From contig CM035358.1 in NCBI GenBank assembly GCA_020137815.1, positions 5,828,001 through 5,892,000 on the forward strand: 64,000 bases of DNA, given 5' to 3'. Source of the stretch: Hormiphora californensis (taxonomy: Eukaryota > Animalia > Ctenophora). Positions 10,978 through 22,509 of this stretch are shown here, in pieces (position 1 is the stretch's first letter; every line of letters starts with the position of its first letter). Position numbers and translations under genes: made by a program. The notes below the pieces were generated by a model. That model had not been told where the DNA came from. It ran no database searches and saw only the letters and a program-made list of their open reading frames with translations.

Positions 10978-11155
10978 TGCGTGTTAGTGTGTTATGTGTC
11001 GCTGTGCTGTAAGTGTACTGAGTATTGACTCTTTTTAGGAGGTTTATCTTTTTAAATATCCTGTGTGTTACGCAAATTTATGAATTTGAATTTGAATTTA
11101 TTTGAATTTGAAACCAGGATCAAGTCTTTATCTTATCAGGAACCGGAGATATACT

Positions 11156-11300
11156 CCATTTTTTTTCAACTGTTCACCCCCCAAAGTCGTGCGCGGAATT
11201 GTTTTGCGCGTCTATCACATGTTAACGTGTAGCGCGCGCAGCGTAAATTAAAATATCGCACGCGCACGAGTTGAGGGGTGAACAGTTGAATAAAAATGGA
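11156..11300. mobile_element. Small MITE-like inverted repeat
   Basis: tccatttttttttcaactgttcacccc ... ggggtgaacagttgaataaaaatgga. Confidence 0.5.
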
Positions 11301-12153
11301 CTTTATGACCAATTAACTAATTGTGTGCGCGGCGGCCTGTCGCTTAAATAAAAAATTCGACTATATGAGAAAAAGCCGCGCAAGAGGTGACGCGCAAATA
11401 AACAACGCGCAATGAGATCATATAAAACAACAGGTGGGTGATGTTTACTTGCGCGAACAGCTCCAACCCTATGTCGTCGCGCGTTACGTTGTTAAATGAC
11501 CCGAACCAGGGCGATGAAATTATGGTATCGGTGTCTTGCAGAGCTTGTTCCTGCAGCGAGAGGGAGAAGGGAAGGAGCTGCAGCAGCTGCGCCTGCAGTA
11601 GACAAAGCTGTAACATGACCCTACATTTTATGCATACATTCTTGTGGAGAGGAAAATATAGTTCAAGACTCAGAAACTCATTTGTTGTGTCATTTTGTGG
11701 GGCCCTGGATTGGGCAATTAATCACATGCTGAACAGTAAACATACATGGCTTACACTTAATAAAATTAACACTGATTTCTATGACCAATAAAACACAACG
11801 ACAACTAATACTTTGGGCACGTCGCGCCCTCTTTTTTCGCGCGCGATTTTTCGCGAACCCCTCACACTGCGGAGGGGCTGCTTCGCAGCCAAATTAATAC
11901 TAATAATTAAGGTTCATCGAGTGCCATGTAATCTCAACCTAGTAACCAACATTCACAGCCACACTTCATTTGTAGCCCTGATTATTTTCCTAGTTCTAGT
12001 AATTAATTTTTCAAAGAATTAGGGTAAAAAGGGTAACATGTCCTGGCTTACATTGTGTAGAAGGTATCCACACTCCCACAGACTGAACCAACACAATTGC
12101 GTCCATGTGTCCCTCTATTGTTCGCCCACTTCCACACATTTCCCTTTATACAT

Positions 12154-12925
12154 TTACTCAGCCTTCAGTGCCTTTCCGCCGCCATAAACCCGATACTGGA
12201 ACAGGAAAATATACGCAAAGAAAGCATTTATGGCAGATGGGGCAATAAAATCTGCTGCCCCTGACATGACAGCTGTGAAACATCTCCCGGAAAACTGGAA
12301 ACACTGCATGGCCAGTGTAGCACCACTCATGGCACCAGTACTCTTGGCTTTATAATGCCCCCATGTGGTTGAGATTTTGTTAAAGATCATAATGGGGAAG
12401 ATACATTTCAGAACGATTTGGAGATATTCCAATGGTGTACTGGCAAGGAGTACAGTGGTGGTAGTCTTGAATAGGATTGTTAGGAGTAGATTGCGATGTT
12501 GGGATAGATAGTATCGGGATAGGAGTTGGATAATAAAGACTTGAATGTTGGTTATTATCAGTTCCAGCCAATTACTGTAGTCTAGACCTGGAGAGAAGGA
12601 AGGAAGTGTCAGGACTCAGGATGAGAGTTCTCATTACATACATGTTACAATTGTAGGCAACATTTTGTTCAATGGTGATAGAATTTTACTACTAACCGGG
12701 AGCACAGAAAATTTATTAAAAGACGTCATAATGACTAAATAATTTACCTTGTTTGATGCAAAAAGCGCAAACTAAACTAGTTATAACATCAATGGTAATA
12801 AACATGTTGAAGTTTACCCCAGCCCCACTTTTGGATTGATATATTTTCTGGATTTGGGGCAGAAGGGAGGTGGACCCGACGACAGCGAGGAGGTAGCCAA
12901 ACACTTGCAGGAAAGTAACATCCAT
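12154..12925 (-). CDS. PQ-loop repeat membrane protein (MPDU1/SLC66A3-like); exons 12925..12748 and 12587..12154
   Basis: LLPQIQKIYQSKSGAGVN first PQ loop; second repeat HYKAKSTGAMSGAT; multiple TM segments; in-phase GT-AG intron. Confidence 0.75.
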
Positions 12926-13578
12926 TTTAATAATCAGCTAACCTGGAATGATTTCAGATTTAGTTTAGTTAGACTCTAAGTTGCCGAATAAGGAATAAAG
13001 GTTCATAAACTAAACTTGTGTTCGAAGTTAACAAAGAAGGTAATATGGGGGGGGGGCGGGTAAAAGGGGTTTACACTTTGTCTAGCGAGCTATATACCCT
13101 GCTAACTTAAATAATGCGCCAGTGGCGAGAAGTCCCACTAGCGCGCTCTCAGTAAACAGCCAGTCCAGCGGCAGATTATTTCCCACTGGCAGGTTATTTA
13201 TTTTTAACTCCTACGTAACATTCAAAGTGTGTGTAAATGATCAGTTCTTACTAAAATACAGAGGGAACACTATGTGCAACACTTACACACTACATTGGAG
13301 AGAAAGAAAGGACACATTCCGTCAATTACTCTCTCTTTATCTCCCCTTTTGTCTCACTATCTCTTTCTCTGTGTTATTTGTGACATGCCCCTTATCAGGC
13401 TATTTCTTTCACTCTCTTTCCTTAGCAACTGCTTAGTAACTGTTCCCAAACAGTGTACACTCAATTGTGACGTGTTTTTAACTATTTCTCAGTTCTCTTT
13501 GTGTGTTTTGATTAGTGTTCTCTCTCTTGTTGGTGTGTAATACTTGAAATAAACAACTAAAGCAGGGTATATAACCCA

Positions 13579-13762
13579 TAAACTCTGACCACTGGCACGT
13601 TATAGGTTTAAACCCCTCCGCCTCTCCCTCGGCTCCGCCTCGGGATCGTCGTCGTGATTTAAACCAGTTTATCCGCCAGCGGCGGATAAACTCCAGCTAA
13701 CTTCTCCCAGCGGCGCGCTGGGAGAAAGTTATCTGAAATAACGCGCCAGTGGCCAGAGTTTA
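13579..13762. repeat. Palindromic MITE-like element with nested hairpins
   Basis: taaactctgaccactggcacgttat ... ataacgcgccagtggccagagttta. Confidence 0.55.
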
Positions 13763-15259
13763 TGCCTCATATAAACAAATTACAAATCTAGCTCGATGAA
13801 TGATGGTATTATCAATCGGCTAATCGGCTATATTCTATAAGAATCTCACACTCAGCAGACTCATAACGTATGGTCCATTGTTTACCCACGGCTCTGCTCA
13901 GCCTAATTTGATTTTGTGGCAACCTGAGCCCACTGGAGGAAAGAGAGAAAGAGCTTTGAAGCGGCTCTACGGAATCTGATTTTTGTGCAATATATACGGC
14001 CTGTAAAATGGAATGATATGCCCAGCTAGAAATAATAATAATAAGAGAATAAATATATCGCACACACTCTCACAAGGTGCTACAGAGCAGGGAAATATAT
14101 ACCACACAGCTCCTCACACAGCCAAGAAAGAAAGCAATCAATGGTATCACTACCTCACACCATGTACAGGATGGTGTGAGAAAGAGAGGGTCAAGAAAGG
14201 TATAACACTGTACAGTGTATAGATTCATTAAGACATTAAATACTGGACATGACTCTTTTCAAACAGATCAGGCACATACAGGTCACAGGAATAGGGACCC
14301 ACACTATTTTACAAATCCTGCATGAACGATGTGGTATGTTTACACAGGGAGGAATATGTTTTGAGAGAGGGACTGAGGACGGAAAAGGAACTACATTGAA
14401 ATGAAATACTGATGCAGCTGACATGACTCTCCCTCTTTTTCAATGCCTTCCTCTCAGTCTCTCCCTCTCCCTCTCTCTCCCCAAACTGATTTCTCACTAA
14501 CTCTCTCGCTCTCTATGTGTATCTATCTTTCTCTCTTTTTCTCTCTCACTCCTTCTCTCTCCCACTCACTCATAGAGAGGAGTTATACAGTAAGGATCTT
14601 TGACATGTGATCCCCATGTGCTTTATCAGCGGTCAGTGGTTGGAGATACGTGGCACCGTTATCTCTCTAATCTCTCTGATCTCTCTCCCACTTGCTTGTA
14701 GCTCACTTTGGTATGTGTTCCTTTGTGCCCCTATCTTCTTCTTCTAGGTAGAAAACACTACGACTCCAAGAAGTACACCCCAGAAATCCCGAATTTCTGG
14801 ACGGGGTACCTCAAGGCTGTGGAACGTAACCATTGTGCTACATCCCTTCATCTTGGTGACGCAGTCACCCTTACAACTCGCGCGCGTAGCGCGCGAAAAC
14901 GAAGCCCGCGAAGCGGGCTGAGTTGTAAGGTGATGGCATCACCAACCCTTCATCTCAGCCCCTCACGGGGCTGAGACAGCCTCTAGTCTCTACGAAGAAG
15001 AAGCTCCCTATCACATCCATCCTCCGCTAAATTCAAAATTTTGTTCATTGTTCAGGCGAATAAAAATCACGTTTCTGAACAGCCTCAGCATCATCTTCTC
15101 AGGACGACCGGAGGTTAACCCTGCTTCCTGTTTCCTCTTTGTCAACAGACACACAGTGGGTCTGACCCACTGGCCACTTCACATATTCCTACCCAATCAG
15201 CAATCCAGTGACTGAGACTCAAACATTCCTCCATCCTCCTAGACTTCGTGGATGGTCCA

Positions 15260-16047
15260 GACACGCTCTACATGCAAGATCCAGCATGTTCAGTTTACTG
15301 AGAATCAATGCCTGTTCATCTACACGGAGCGAGAAAAGGGGACTTCCTACCGATCCATCAGAACACACAGTAGAGCCTGGTATTCCCTCCCCGCCCCGGA
15401 TTCCCAAACAGAACCCCTGAGGACAATGCGATCTACACCTCCTGGAAGCGGACCAAGGATTCTGGCAAAATCTCCAGCGACAATGAGGGGAACAGCGGGA
15501 GAAGAAGGACTGCTAGATCCCGCTCTAACATTTAACTACCATGTCCGCTAACATCCTAAAATGGGATCCAGCGTCTAGCTTTCTGGCAGAAAACGACAAA
15601 CGTGCTGCAGCCCTGGGGATTAAGCGAACCAGCCTGTGACGGATTCTGAGGAAAGACCTGCCCTTCAGGACCTACAGAGCGGACAGGAGGCAGACCCTTG
15701 TGCCCACCTTAGGAGGAGGCAGTTCTGCATCTGATTCGATAGCCAGTTACTCACCGACCACTACTTCCTCGACTTCATTCTTTGGACAGATGAGGCTAAC
15801 ATCCATCTCGAGTCTCAACGGATCCGTCTGTAGGAGTACCAACATATTCTGGGAAGCAACTCCACCTATAGGACACACCTGGACGAAGTCTAACTACTCC
15901 CAAAAGCTCGTCATGTGGGCTGGATTGAGCTCCGTCCTATATAGGCTTGATCTGATAGGCTCCTTATTCATACACAATGCTGCTGGTAACTCCGCTACAA
16001 TGAACTCTTCTCGATACCAGGATATGCTGCAAACCCTAGTCTTCCCC
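15260..16047 (+). pseudogene. Decayed Tc1/mariner (DUF4817-type) transposase
   Basis: RAAALGIKRTSL*RILRKDLPF (HTH), a DEA motif, SQKLVMWAGLS, MNSSRYQDMLQTLVFP; frameshifts and stops. Further fragments near 16670-16800, 18625-18720 and 19200-19430. Confidence 0.65.
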
Positions 16048-16440
16048 CGGGAATGCCAAGAGAACTGGGAGTAGTGGGAGTACTGTATTCCCAGGGAGCC
16101 AGCAGTGAAGGAGCCCCGCATCTCACTGACGTTCCGTAAGCTGTCCCCTATCCCCATCTCCGACACCCCTTCCCGTGTTCCCCCTGTTAAAGAACCCGAG
16201 ACTCCCCAGCACCCTCCTAAACGGGTTCTAATACTGTCGGACTCTATGTTCAGTGGCATCAATAGGGACTTCCCATCTGGTATTCCAGGTCTACAGGTGG
16301 TATACCGTCAGTTCTATCAGCTAACAGACCTGGACAAATACTCCCATATGTTTGAGGGCACTGATACAGTATTCATCTCGGCTGGCATCAACGACATCAC
16401 AAGATATGGTCACCGAGCATGGTCCCTTATGGAGGTAGTG
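16048..16440 (+). pseudogene. Fragment encoding an AlkB-like C-terminus fused to an SGNH-esterase-like domain (probable retrotransposon ORF1 remnant)
   Basis: CQENWE..WEYCIPREPAVKEPRISLTFR followed by KRVLILSDSM and VFISAGINDI. Confidence 0.5.
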
Positions 16441-17071
16441 GCCAGTGGGTCCGATAATCCGGCGCCTTTCCCTAATCATCTTCCACTGTGGTGGCAAGAC
16501 GGAGCATACCCCGGATACAAGCTACATGCGCTACGGAGTTCTCCCTGCCTCTTCCGCCATCTGGGAGCGGCTTTCATACATTCTCGGACACCACCACCTC
16601 CCTCAACCGGCGTGTTATTGCAATGGCCTCCACCAACACCCTCGAAGTCCTGAACCAACACCACTCTACCCTCTATCTGGATGGAACTTTCAACCTGTCG
16701 ACCACTTGACGCCCACCACCGGTTCCAGTCCAAAAGTAACAGTCTGGGCTGGAATTTCTACTATCACCGGAGTAATTGGACAATTTGTCTTCCGCGATGC
16801 TCCTCTCCCACCACCTGCATCTCAACCCCTCCTTAAAATCTGTTGATCAGTGGGCGTATCGCTACATGCTCGAAACCCAGGTCTTTCTAGCCCTTGGGGA
16901 CTTCTTCAACAACAACCCTCATCTCCTCCCCCTCCGACCACCGTTATTCTGACAACAGAACGGGGCACCTTGCCATTAACCGTACCACATCCGGGAGCTG
17001 CTGGAGATCTACTTCGGAAACAGGATCATCGCGAAATTCAACGGCAGACAGAGGAATCAGCCAGCTCCACC

Positions 17072-18302
17072 TTCAAACTTTTCAACACTACTTTAAACAA
17101 ATTAATTTGAGTTTCAGCAACATGTCGAAGTAACGGCCCCAAAGGGCAGAAAACGATACGATGCCAAAATATTGTGGAAACAGACGACAGTGCTGACCTG
17201 AAGGCGATCCTGGGGAAGTTGCACGAAGAAGCCAGTGATGAAGTGAAGCGATTGATCCAGGGGTATGATCCGACGAAGAAGCACAATACGAACCTCCAGA
17301 GAGACTTGAACTTGATAGAGGAGTGGAGCCGGAAGAACAACATGGCTCTCTCCACAGAGAAAAAGTTTCAGGTCCTGAATAAGGTTATAAACTCCACGAA
17401 GCCACTGAGAGATCTACCTTTCAATGCTGTGAATGCTATTTCTACTTCAACCCGAACGGAGATATCATCGAAGCAGAATTCGGAGTAAAAGACCTGGGAT
17501 ATACCTGACAGAGGATGAGAAAGTTCGATTTCCACATCGCAAACCATCGCAACAGAGGCCAAGAGGATCGCTGGATGGGCCCTCGGAGTGTTCAGAAACC
17601 GGTTTCGAAAACGACGATGAAACACTTTTCAAGGCATTGGTCAGGCCAAAGCTAGAATACTGTCGGCTCTCTGGGTCTCCCACGACGATTGGTAAACATC
17701 GCTAAGCTCGAGGGAGTCCAGAGATTTTACGCGGCGGATCGAGGAGTGATCGGGATGGACTACTGGGAGAGGCTCAAGTTCCTGGGGATCAGTCACTTCA
17801 ACGGCGACGGGAGCGATTCATGATAATCCATCTCTGGAAAGTAGATTCATGGACTCAGTCCCAGAAACATACCACCAGGCCCGTGGACGAGTCATTCAAG
17901 GTTCATCACACGGCGAGGTCTCCTAGCTGAATACCCGACCTTACACTTCGGCCCAAGATTCAATTGAGAACCATCAGGGAAGGAGGATCATCTCAGTGAG
18001 GTCAGTCAAGCTCTTCAATAGGATGCCGAAAGAAGTTCGAAGATGCGAAACACTAGAGGATCTCAAAGTTTCTCTCGGTAAGTTCCTGGATGGTATACCT
18101 GATCACCCTCCAGTTCGGGGCTACAGGAGTCCCAACGACAACTCATGGTTACACTGGCTCCCCCCTGGGTAGTGTATGTTGGTCACTGCATCATTCACAT
18201 CATGTTAGTCGAGAAGCAATGCTGAGAGAACGTGGTATATTTGTCTTTATGCATTGTATGCCGAATCTAATTTTGTAAACTTGTAAACTTGTAAACTTGT
18301 AA
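17072..18302 (+). mobile_element. Internally deleted CR1-group LINE starting with SL variant 1
   Basis: SL at 17072-17111. The ORF1 N-terminus (ILGKLHEEASDEVKRLIQGYD) is fused to the RT C-terminus (LQRDLNLIEEWSRKNNM, LFKALVRPKLEYC, DYWERLK). (TTGTAAAC)n tail. Confidence 0.8.
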
Positions 18303-19602
18303 TGGACACCCACATGGATACCCACAGCTACCTCTACGACAGCCTCCTCCTCCCGCTAGAGGACGACGCCCCGGTCAGAATCCTGTCCCTACACCACTAC
18401 ATGATTACCCGCAAGGAGCCCGGATTTAACGCCATGCGACTATTCTTTGTGGGGCTGCCACTCGGCAGTGCCCCTAACGTCCCTACACTGATCCAGGGGA
18501 TCGATTCCTCTTACTCTCCAGCCTTATCGATCCTTCAAGTGCCAACAACTGTACCCCAGCGATCCACCTGCCCGCCTTCGATACATCAACTGGTTCGAGA
18601 GTGAACTGCAACTGATCCCATCCTTTCTCTGACCACATCTTTTACACTGATGAAGCGGCCGTGCACATTAATGGAACCATCAACCGATTTAACAGATATA
18701 TCGCTGGTGTCCAGCCATTGGACCTTTCATCTTCCGGGCTGCTCCCCTCCCACCACCTGCACCTCAACCCCTCCTTGGAGCACTGCACCCTTGAAATCTG
18801 TTGATCATTGGGCGTATCGACTATCGCTACATGCTCGAGACCCAGGTCTTTCTCCATTAACCCCCAATTGTTGCTGTCAATTGTCATCTCAATTGTCATC
18901 TCATACCCTCCCCCATACCAACCTCGATCATGCTTCCCTTCTATAGCAGACTACCTTTGCCGAGGACTGAGGAGCTTGGGTCACCCTGAGAAGCCCTAGG
19001 CCTAGCTAGGGAGGGAGAGGAGGAGCGCTCCTCTCCCTCCCTAGCTAGGCCTAGGGCTTCTCCGGAGCCTTACATCCCCTATCCATACCAGAGGACTAAC
19101 CGTCACCATTATACCAGAGGAACCAACCCCGTGGGCTTTCGTCTCAACAAAATCAATAGCCTGGAACTGGTACCAGAAAGGAACCCGTCTCACCGACCAC
19201 CGTGATGGATCTGGAGGAAACGACCATAACAGCCGCCAACACGGAACAGCACCCCCGCCAATTTCGGAACTGTCAGAGCATCATTCTCCGGCCCTTTAAC
19301 CCACGTATGGGCCGGATTCAACACCCGCATTGGACCCTTCTTCCTGGAGGACCTTCCTGCAGTACAAGCTTCTGTCAATGAACAGTAACGGATATGAACA
19401 GCTGCTGAGGACTAAAATCATCCCCTTCATCTCATATTCTCATACCCTTTCCCGGCCCCAAAGGTACATACCTGCTTCCCTTCTATAGCAGACTACCTTT
19501 GCCGAGGACTGAGGAGCTTGGGTCACCCTGAGAAGCCCTAGCTTAGCCAGGAGAGGAGCCCTAACATCCCCTATCCATACAAGCGAACTGCCCGTCACGG
19601 AA

Positions 19603-19870
19603 AACGTTAAAATCTGGGTGCCTTTCATTGCTAACAATTCGTAGTTTTGGCGCGTGCGACGGGTTAGAGCTATCCGTTAGGGTCTGGTTAGGGTTTGGTT
19701 TGGGGTTATCGGTTAGGGCTATCGATCTCCTAACTGATACCCGTAGTTTACTCAAAACGGCCATGTTGTTCCATGGCTATAGCCGTTTGAAAAAAGTCGG
19801 TCTAAGGATACTCTTTTGGTAGCGTGCACCTGTAAACAGGCTGCAAGGCACCCAGATTATAATCGCGCCC
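19603..19870 (+). mobile_element. Non-autonomous element with GGGTTAG-like repeats; same family as 31708-31999 and 32267-32539
   Basis: Shared ends aaaatctggg... and cacctgtaaacagg...cacccagat. Confidence 0.5.
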
Positions 19871-20071
19871 ACCCGTCACCATGATACCAAGGGGCGAGAC
19901 ACACTGAAGTTGAGCACGCTCGTTCAAATCTCAACCTGGCCTCGCGACACACACTGAAGTTCGAAGTTCGAAGTTTCGCGAAAACCCATTTTCGGCTGAG
20001 AAATCATTTGTAAGAGGCTAACTTGTTTACTGGTACATCTCTCGAAGTGTCCTTTGTCCGTACCGAGTCAA

Positions 20072-20113
20072 TTTCAAACTTTCATCAACTACAACGTAAA
20101 ACTATTTATTGAG
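20072..20113 (+). other. Second spliced-leader variant at the 5' end of the L2-type LINE
   Basis: TTTCAAACTTTCATCAACTACAACGTAAAACTATTTATTGAG shares the TTTCAAACTTT start, ACTAC core and TTGAG end with SL variant 1. It is close to the second Pleurobrachia SL as recalled. Confidence 0.7.
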
Positions 20114-22509
20114 GCGGCATCCCCCCTCAATTGTTTCAGTCGTATGACCCTACAATAACTTGAGGAAGCTGATTAAAACAATGGACTGCACCAGTAGTGC
20201 AAACTGAAAAGCGGTGGCAGAGTTGGATTATTCGATCGAGTATCCCAGTGACCAAATCTCCTGCTCCCCTAAATCTCTGACTGAATCTACGCCTCCAGGT
20301 GTGTATATGCGGTAAGAAGCGAAGAAGGCTTCGATAAAATGTAGCGGCTGCAAACGCACATATCATGCAGAATGCGTCTCGCTGATTGGGCTTTCTCAAA
20401 CCACGCTCAATACCCTTACTCGGTCCTGGATGGGAAATGTCCCCTGTTTAGTGTTCAAAATGGCTTTGCGATAACTTCTTTCGCCATCTTGATCACTGAA
20501 AGTGTTAACCTGGTAACCCGTGAAATCAAAGAGGTGGAGCACATCCCATTTCCCCCGAGGCTGTTACCCAATCTCATGTTCTGATCCCACACTAACTTCT
20601 GTTAAACCACCCTCTAATCCTAACATTTCTTCCCCTGAAATCCCAGGCCCCTCCGTGGAGATTTCCCGGTGATCTACGTCTTCCTCAGCTTCGCGAGATA
20701 TCCGATTCTGATCGACCCACACATGCTGATCAGTAACCCGACAGTACTGCATGGCAAAACAGCCGGTTCTCGTGAGGAATAACCGTCACCTTCTCTCAAG
20801 TCCTCCTGCTTTACTTCCGCTACTAACCATGCCCTTCTCCAACACCATCTAACCACTGCTGCTAACCCTTCCCGCCTCCCATTCACAGGATATAAATGTT
20901 TTCTCTGATGATACCAAAGTTACCCTGCACAGATCAGAAGAATATGAAGGATACCCCGGTAAGAGCCCATGAGGGTGAAGGAAAAAAAGTTACTTCTCCT
21001 CTTTGGAGATGAGAAAACAAAGACAGATGCGCTGGAATACTAAGGGCTGAGATTGATGAATCAAAGCTACAGACAAACAGTGGGGGTAAAGGTTACTGTA
21101 TTCAACTTACCTGTCCCTGAAGAGGTATTAGACTCTGAAATTCCAGAATTCATCACGGATAACCTTGCTCGGAAAAACCCAGAAACCCTGAAAAAACCAG
21201 ATTTTAAAGTGGTGTACTGGAAACGACATGTTTAGAAGACCTGAGTCATGAATGTGAGGATCAGAGTAAGTGAAGGAGTTTCGGGAGACACTGCTGAGAA
21301 CGGGATGCTAATTTTGATCTGACCAGATGCAGAGTTGAGCCCTTTGCCTTCTTAAACAGTCACCATTGTCAACGACCGTCACAGTACAGACAAGTGTCCA
21401 TCAAAGGATAATCTGCGACATGCATGTATTGCTCAAAAACCACACAAGTGCTTCATGTCCCACAAAAGATCAGCGAGAAACCTATCAATGCTCCAACTGC
21501 AAGTCTACTGATCATCATGCAGCTTACCAAGGCTGTCCAGAACTACAAAAACATATGGATGAGATTTCAAAAAACCGGAATCGTACCTCCAGTTGCGAAA
21601 TAAACTGTTGCTCGCTGACAAGCCAGATGAGAGTCTTTGGTTATTGAGCCGCTCGTGACAGAGGTTGGATGTAGTTTGTCACAGGACTTGGCTGAGATGA
21701 GAGTGCTATTAGGGCACTGATAGGAGTTCGGAACACTCCTTAGTAAAGTCGGGGTATGAAGGAAAGGAGTGGAGTGGTTTGCACAAGGAATGTCATGTAG
21801 AAGACGAACCTAAGTGATCTGTAATGTAAGGCACTGAGGGGCGTTAGAAGCAAGGGCTAAAGGGGAGAGGGAAAGGGGAGGGAGGAAAAGCAAGCACTAT
21901 AACTCGATGAATCCTAGAGGCAACAATTAGTGGGAGCATCTCCAGGAAACAGTTTTAGCGTAGTCTACAGCTCACCGACCAGGCGAAGAAATTCAGTGTT
22001 CTTAGATGAGTGGGAGGACTTTCTCAGGCTTCACTGAACGCAAAGGATCCCTTTTGGGTTGGTGATTTTATTACGTTCACGTTGAGCGATCAAATGACAA
22101 ACTTCTACAGACCTCTTAGGAATACTGAAGACCATGGCTGGAACAAGTGGTTAAGTCCCAACTCACAATAAAGGGGAACTCTCGATTGTATATCACGTGC
22201 TTCACCTGAATCACCGGATAACCCAACATTGTGTCTGAGGAGAAAGTTTACTTACCTGATCACTATTTAGTGAGTTTTCGCTATCATCTGGTATACAACT
22301 CACGAGAAGAACCGAAGGTCGTTATAACCAGGTCCTTCAAGGATTTGGACATGACTCCTTTGTGGAGAGGATAAATATCTGATTGGTCGGTATTGATCAC
22401 AATGTCTTTAGAAGAGTGTATAGACTATACAACAGCGAATGCGAAAGTTTCTTGACAAAGAGGCCCCTGAAGTCCAGACGGTTTCACAGAAGGAAGGCCT
22501 GTTGGTACA

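Larger units (their letters stand above)
6633..11112 (+). mobile_element. Full-length, apparently intact CR1-group non-LTR retrotransposon
   Basis: ORF1 plus APE-RT ORF2, short 3'UTR and (TTTGAA)n tail. It interrupts a host hairpin (ccggttcctgatgag ... cttatcaggaaccgg). Confidence 0.93.
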
